Assembly (NCBI GenBank): GCA_963739555.1
Contig: CAVUAV010000005.1
Coordinates: 706,218-770,217, forward strand
DNA: 64,000 bases
Reading direction: 5' to 3'
Origin: an uncultured Acidimicrobiales bacterium
Lineage (GTDB): Bacteria > Actinomycetota > Acidimicrobiia > Acidimicrobiales > DATKAS01
Shown: piece after piece, positions 59,794-64,000 of the stretch
Position numbering within the stretch: position 1 is the stretch's first letter
Layout of the letters: each line of letters opens with the position of its first letter
The notes under the pieces: model-generated
Told to the model about the DNA's origin: nothing
The model's input: only the letters and a program-made list of their open reading frames with translations
Database searches by the model: none
Program-made: the position numbers and the translations under genes

Positions 59794-60755
59794 TGCTCGA
59801 CATCTCTTGCGCGTTCGCCACGTCGATGGCGACCCCCGATCACGTCGCGCACGCCGAAGTGCTCGGCTTCCGGCGCGCGTGGCTCTACGACTCGCCCGCG
59901 CTGTACCCCGACGTCTGGATGACGCTCGCGGAATGTGCGCGTCGCACCTCGACGATCGAGCTCGGGCCCGGGGTGGCGATCCCTTCGCTCAGACATCCGA
60001 TGGTGACCGCAGCCGCGGTCGCGACGCTGTGCGACCTGGCGCCGGGCCGCGTCAACCTCGCCATCGGGTCGGGCTTCACCGGTCGTCTCACGCTCGGGCA
60101 GAAGCCGTTGCCGTGGTCCTACGTGCGCGAGTACGTCGAAGTGCTCATCGACCTGCTCGCGGGCGGCACTCCGCTGTGGGAGGGTGCGCGCATCCGCATG
60201 ATGCATCCCGACGGATTCGGAGCGCGCCGCCCCATCCGCATCCCGATCATCCTGGGAACGGGTGGACCGAAGGGTGAGGCCGTCGCCCACGATCTCGCCG
60301 ACGGCATCTTCGCGACGAGCCCGAGGCCCGGCTTCGAACGCTGTTCGGTGCTCACCTTCGGGACGGTCCTGGACGAGGGCGAGGACGCGGGGAGCGAGCG
60401 ATCGATGGCGGCCGCGGGACACGCCGGCGCGCTCATGTATCACGCACTCCATCTCGGTGGCGCGGCGAAGCAGCTGCCGAACGGTGAAGTGTGGGTCGCC
60501 GCGCTCGAAGCAGTCCCCGAAGACGAGCGGCACCTCGCGCTGCACGAGGGACACCTGATCGAGGCGAACGAGCGCGATCGTCTCGTGGTCACCGGTGAGA
60601 CGTTGGCGTCGTTCGGCCTCGCGCGAGCTGTCGGTGCCTGGCGAGACCACCTCGCTTCGCTCGAGGCCGGCGGCGCGACGGAGATCGCCTATCAGCCTGC
60701 GGGGCCCGACATCCCCGGCGAGCTCGAGCGGTTCATGGCCGCGGCGTCGGGATGA
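59793..60755 (+). CDS. LLM-class F420-dependent oxidoreductase
   Basis: The start overlaps the upstream stop (TGATG). Contains LGFRRAWLYDSP, NLAIGSGF and PIILGTGGPKG. Confidence 0.75.
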   Translation: MLDISCAFATSMATPDHVAHAEVLGFRRAWLYDSPALYPDVWMTLAECARRTSTIELGPGVAIPSLRHPMVTAAAVATLCDLAPGRVNLAIGSGFTGRLTLGQKPLPWSYVREYVEVLIDLLAGGTPLWEGARIRMMHPDGFGARRPIRIPIILGTGGPKGEAVAHDLADGIFATSPRPGFERCSVLTFGTVLDEGEDAGSERSMAAAGHAGALMYHALHLGGAAKQLPNGEVWVAALEAVPEDERHLALHEGHLIEANERDRLVVTGETLASFGLARAVGAWRDHLASLEAGGATEIAYQPAGPDIPGELERFMAAASG

Positions 60756-61701
60756 CGCCGGCCTGGCGGAGCGCGTTGAGGTTGTCGACGATGCCGCGCT
60801 GATGCACGACCCGGCCGCGATCGTCGAAGTCCAGGAGGATGATCTCCTCGAACTCGAGCCGCTTGCCGGTGGGTGGCAACGGGCCCCACTGCCCGTCCTG
60901 CGTCCCGGTCGTCCGCACGTGCACGGCGGCGCGCCAGCCCTCGGTGACGACGCCGAGGCACTCCTCGTGGTAGTCGGGAAATGCCGTCCACGCGCGCTCC
61001 ACCGCGTCGCGGATGTGCTGCGGCCCGTGCCCGAGCGGTGAGTACGGGCGATAGTCGACGACGAGGTCCGGCGCGTAGAGCTCGTCGAGCGCGTCGAAGC
61101 GCCGGCCGTTCCACACCTCGTCGAACAGCCGCTGGACCACGGCTCGGTGGCGTGCGCACCGCCACTCACGCGCACGGCGCAGGCTGTCCTGCACGACGTC
61201 CGACTTCGCGTCGGCGTACTCGTTCCCGTCGCGCCAGGCTCGCGTCGACAGCGCTCGCTTCACCGCCTCGTAGCGCTCGCGTCCTTCCGCGTCGCGCCGT
61301 AGCCAGTCGCGGAAGTCCAGGTAGTCGACGATCTCCTGGGACCCTTCGGCGTACACGTGGATGTGCACGTCCCGTACGGGCGTGCGAAACATGCGGTGGC
61401 CGGGCTCCCGCACACGCAGCTCGTATCCAGCCGAAACGAGCCCAGGAGCGAACGATTCGTCGTCGTCGACATCCGCGACCACCACGAGGATGTCGATGAT
61501 CGGCTTCGCAGCGAGGTCGGGGATCGACGTCGAGCCGATGTGCTCGACGCGCAGGGCGACATCCGCGAGCGCACTCGCGATTCGGCTCTGCTCGACCTCG
61601 AAGCGGCCGGGCCACGCCGGGTCGTAGTCGGCGATCACAATGCGACGGACGGGCTCGAGCCCGCCCACGAGCACCCGATCGGCCTCCTCCTCCCAACCCA
61701 T
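60733..61701 (-). CDS. GrpB-domain protein fused in one ORF to a SnoaL-type ester-cyclase-like domain
   Basis: ATG 61701. The GrpB part has VEHIGSTSIPDLAAKPIIDI and ends about ..LRRAREW. It is followed directly by VVQRLFDEVWNGRRFDALDELYAPD..., which looks like a typical ester-cyclase N-terminus. The N-terminal 281 codons of ORF 60733..62544 are antisense to the next gene. Confidence 0.65.
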   Translation of the reverse strand: MGWEEEADRVLVGGLEPVRRIVIADYDPAWPGRFEVEQSRIASALADVALRVEHIGSTSIPDLAAKPIIDILVVVADVDDDESFAPGLVSAGYELRVREPGHRMFRTPVRDVHIHVYAEGSQEIVDYLDFRDWLRRDAEGRERYEAVKRALSTRAWRDGNEYADAKSDVVQDSLRRAREWRCARHRAVVQRLFDEVWNGRRFDALDELYAPDLVVDYRPYSPLGHGPQHIRDAVERAWTAFPDYHEECLGVVTEGWRAAVHVRTTGTQDGQWGPLPPTGKRLEFEEIILLDFDDRGRVVHQRGIVDNLNALRQAGVIPTPRP

Positions 61702-61737
61702 GCCGCATCTTGGCTCACCGCAGTAGCGTCGGCGTTG

Positions 61738-62526
61738 GTGACGCATCTCTCCGCGTCCACGGTCACGGTCGACGACGTCGTCGACGCGCTCGACCGCGAG
61801 GGCTATTGCATCGTCGAGGGGGTGTGGTCGCCCGACGAAGTCGCTCTGGCGAAGGCCTCGCTGCGGCAGGTGCTCGACGAGATCCCGTTCGGGCGGAACG
61901 ACTTCGAAGGCCATCACACGCGCCGCGTCTACGCGCTCTTCGCGAAGACACGCGCGTTCGACGACGCCGCGATCCATCCGCTGCTCCTCGGCGTGCTCGA
62001 CCGGGTGCTCGGGCACTATCAGCTGTCCGCGCCGACCGGCATCCAGATCGCTCCCGGCGAGAAGGCGCAGGTGCTCCACTACGACGCCAGCGTCTACCCG
62101 TTGCCTCGTGACTTCCGCGACGTCGTCGTGAACACGATGTGGGCACTCGACGACTTCACGGTCGAGAACGGCGCGACGCGGATCATCCCCGGCAGCCATC
62201 GCTGGGTAGACCGCGTGCCCCAAGCGGCCGACGTCGTCGTCGACGCGGTGATGCCGGCAGGATCGGTCATCTTCTACGGCGGGAAGCTGTTCCACGGTGG
62301 CGGCGCGAACTCGACGAGCAAGCCACGGCTCGGAGTCATCCTCGAATACGTGAGCGCGTGGCTCCGGCCCCAGGAGACGCACCTCATCGCTGTGCCGCGC
62401 GCGGTCGCGGCCGAACTTCCCGAGCGGCTCCAGGAGCTTTTGGGATACAACATCTACCCACCGTTCGTCGGATACGTCGACGGCCGTCATCCCCGTCGCT
62501 ACATCACAAGTGAGGTCGTCCCATGA
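61738..62526 (+). CDS. Phytanoyl-CoA dioxygenase (PhyH) family protein (paralogue of 34904..35743)
   Basis: GTG 61738 (TTG 61735 is also possible). Contains VLHYDAS (HxD), NGATRIIPGSHRW and LFHGGGANST. Confidence 0.75.
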   Translation: MTHLSASTVTVDDVVDALDREGYCIVEGVWSPDEVALAKASLRQVLDEIPFGRNDFEGHHTRRVYALFAKTRAFDDAAIHPLLLGVLDRVLGHYQLSAPTGIQIAPGEKAQVLHYDASVYPLPRDFRDVVVNTMWALDDFTVENGATRIIPGSHRWVDRVPQAADVVVDAVMPAGSVIFYGGKLFHGGGANSTSKPRLGVILEYVSAWLRPQETHLIAVPRAVAAELPERLQELLGYNIYPPFVGYVDGRHPRRYITSEVVP

Positions 62527-62906
62527 CAGCTGACCGAGACGCAATCGCCCAGGTCGTCCAGCTCTACATCGACGGAAGCGCCGACGGCGATGCCGGCAAG
62601 CTGAAGGAGGCCTTTCACGACGACGCCCGGATGTTCGGCCATGTCGACGGCCACCGGTTCGACGTGCCGATCCAGCAGTTCTTCGAGTTCGCCGCGTCCG
62701 CGCCGATGAACGTGGCGGGCAACTACAAGGCGAACATCACCTCGATCGAGCAGGTGGGCGACGCGGCGGTCGCGACGTTGGCCGAGGAGGGGTGCTGGGG
62801 TCAGGTCTCGTTCGTCGACTACTTCTCGCTCGCGCGCTTCGACGGCACGTGGAAGATCGTCAACAAGACGTTCGCCCACACCGGCGGGGAGATGCCGGCG
62901 CACTGA
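62523..62906 (+). CDS. NTF2-fold (SnoaL_3 / lumazine-binding-like) protein
   Basis: ATG 62523 overlaps the PhyH stop (ATGA). Contains IAQVVQLYIDGSADGDAGKLKEAFHDDA. Confidence 0.6.
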   Translation: MTADRDAIAQVVQLYIDGSADGDAGKLKEAFHDDARMFGHVDGHRFDVPIQQFFEFAASAPMNVAGNYKANITSIEQVGDAAVATLAEEGCWGQVSFVDYFSLARFDGTWKIVNKTFAHTGGEMPAH

Positions 62907-63276
62907 CATCGGAGGGGCAGAGCGTCGCTGTCGAGCTTGCGCAGGCGCTCGGCGAGCGACGCATCACCTGCATGGCGAACATCGGCGTCTCGTGCACGAG
63001 GAAAAGGAACTCGCGCTCGTCGATCATCGCGAGTGACGTCGGTGCCGTCGCGGTCGCAGTCGCGGCGCGCTTCGACTTGTCGATGAGCGCCATCTCGCCG
63101 AAGACGTCACCTTCGCCGGCGGTCTCGACGGTGTGGTCGCCGATGCGCATCTCGACCGCGCCACTGACGACGCCGTACATGTAGTCGCCCTCGTCGCCTT
63201 CGCGGAAGATCGTCTCGCCGGCCGCGACGTCTCTCGTCTTCCTGGCGTTGATGAACACCGCCCGCACCGTCGTCAT
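62860..63276 (-). CDS. Cyclic-nucleotide-binding domain protein (no DNA-binding domain visible); probable 3' frame break at about 62960
   Basis: Contains AAGETIFREGDEGDYMYGVVSG...GDVFGEMALID..RAATATA. After ..FAMQVMR the usual helix SLAERLRKLDSDALPL is in another frame. Both possible ends overlap the convergent gene. Confidence 0.65.
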   Translation of the reverse strand: MTTVRAVFINARKTRDVAAGETIFREGDEGDYMYGVVSGAVEMRIGDHTVETAGEGDVFGEMALIDKSKRAATATATAPTSLAMIDEREFLFLVHETPMFAMQVMRRSPSACASSTATLCPSDVSAPASPRRCGRTSC

Positions 63277-63328
63277 GAGGCGGAGTTTGGTCCGTGGAGG
63301 TGAACGCCAAGTGGCGTGCGGGAAAACC

Positions 63329-64000
63329 TCAGGCGGCGAGGCTGGCGAACGCGGCCATCACGATGCTGGCGCCGCGGAGGTCGCCCAGCGTGCCCTCGCC
63401 CATCCGGTTCATCACGTACGCGACCGACATCCGGGCGTCGAGGTCGTTCACGATGATCGAACCGCCCCATCCTCCCCAGAAGCAGGCGCGGGGGTTGGGG
63501 CTGATCGGCAGGTCGGCCGAGTTGAGCCCGTAGTTCATGCCGAACGCCATCGGGAGCCCCAACACCAGGTCGGTGCCGCTGACCTGCTGCTCGAGGATGA
63601 CCTCGCACCCCTTTGCCGACAGCAAGCGCACGCCTCCCGTCTCGCCGCCACACGACAGCGCCGACTGCACCATCGCGACCGACCGCGCGTTGCCGTGGCC
63701 ACCCGCGGCCGGGATCTCGGCACGGCGCCACGGCACCGTCCATGACTGCGATGCGTCGAGCGGCGGGTTGCCGAACGTCTTCAGGAGGATCTCGCTCGGG
63801 TTCTCGGGGATCGGGAGCGGGGGCGGAGGCACGACCAGCGCGATGCGGTCGTCGCACTCAGCCGGGGTGCCGATGTGGAAGTCAGCACCGAGCGGGCCCG
63901 CGACCTCCTTCGCGAAGAACGTGCCCACCGACTCGCCCGCGACCCGTCGCACGACCTCGCCGACCAGGTAGCCCTGCGTTATCGCGTGGTAGCCCGACGC
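63329..64000 (-). CDS. Serine hydrolase (beta-lactamase / EstB-like family); 5' end lies outside the window
   Basis: ORF 63329..63952 continues upstream in frame to the window edge (..GYHAITQGYLVGEVVRRVAGESVGTFFAKEV...WGGWGGSIIVND). Confidence 0.7.
   Translation of the reverse strand, partial: ASGYHAITQGYLVGEVVRRVAGESVGTFFAKEVAGPLGADFHIGTPAECDDRIALVVPPPPLPIPENPSEILLKTFGNPPLDASQSWTVPWRRAEIPAAGGHGNARSVAMVQSALSCGGETGGVRLLSAKGCEVILEQQVSGTDLVLGLPMAFGMNYGLNSADLPISPNPRACFWGGWGGSIIVNDLDARMSVAYVMNRMGEGTLGDLRGASIVMAAFASLAA

Noticed and set aside
61702-62544. N-terminal 281 codons of the 603-aa ORF 60733..62544 as a large extra domain on the GrpB protein.
   Set aside because: This part is antisense to the well-supported PhyH gene (61738..62526) and has no motif. 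GrpB-family N-termini match ATG 61701.

Overview
Very GC-rich (roughly 70% by eye), gene-dense chromosomal segment of actinobacterial type. Supporting signs are F420-type LLM and PPOX enzymes, a DinB-type domain, an actinobacterial-type ValRS and a group-2 sigma factor. I can support about 68 protein-coding loci on both strands, one gene remnant, and a few palindromes that may be operators or a terminator. I found no rRNA, tRNA, CRISPR array, transposase, integrase, prophage or recognisable defence genes, so this reads as core or accessory metabolism, not a mobile island. Content: (i) many small redox and hydrolytic enzymes: 2 amidases, a nitrilase-superfamily amidase, a BVMO, 2 LLMs, 3 PhyH dioxygenases, a Rieske oxygenase, SDRs, VOCs and about 6 NTF2/SnoaL proteins; (ii) a cobalt-type nitrile hydratase operon (beta, alpha, accessory protein, TetR), with a CbiM/PDGLE/CbiQ/CbiO cobalt ECF transporter 5 kb away; (iii) a LarA-like / MoxR / DUF58 / transglutaminase block; (iv) a binding-protein / CDGSH Fe-S protein / molybdopterin oxidoreductase / HxlR block; (v) a GT2+GT39 glycosylation pair; (vi) a membrane and ion block (DUF47-PiT, GDT1, MscS, LPG-synthase-like) containing a secreted lipoprotein that looks like a PHM/DBH-type copper monooxygenase fused to an amicyanin-like cupredoxin; (vii) housekeeping valS, cysS, dinB and a sigma factor. 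The most striking property is that at least about 28 reading-frame breaks interrupt about 22 otherwise recognisable genes. They are unevenly distributed, and from sequence alone I cannot tell assembly indels from real gene decay. Convention used below: type 'pseudogene' means the family is recognisable but cannot be translated as one ORF in this sequence; it does not assert that the break is biological. I found no clear previously undescribed multi-gene system. The copper monooxygenase-cupredoxin fusion and the His/Asp-rich nitrile hydratase alpha subunit are the best candidates for novelty.
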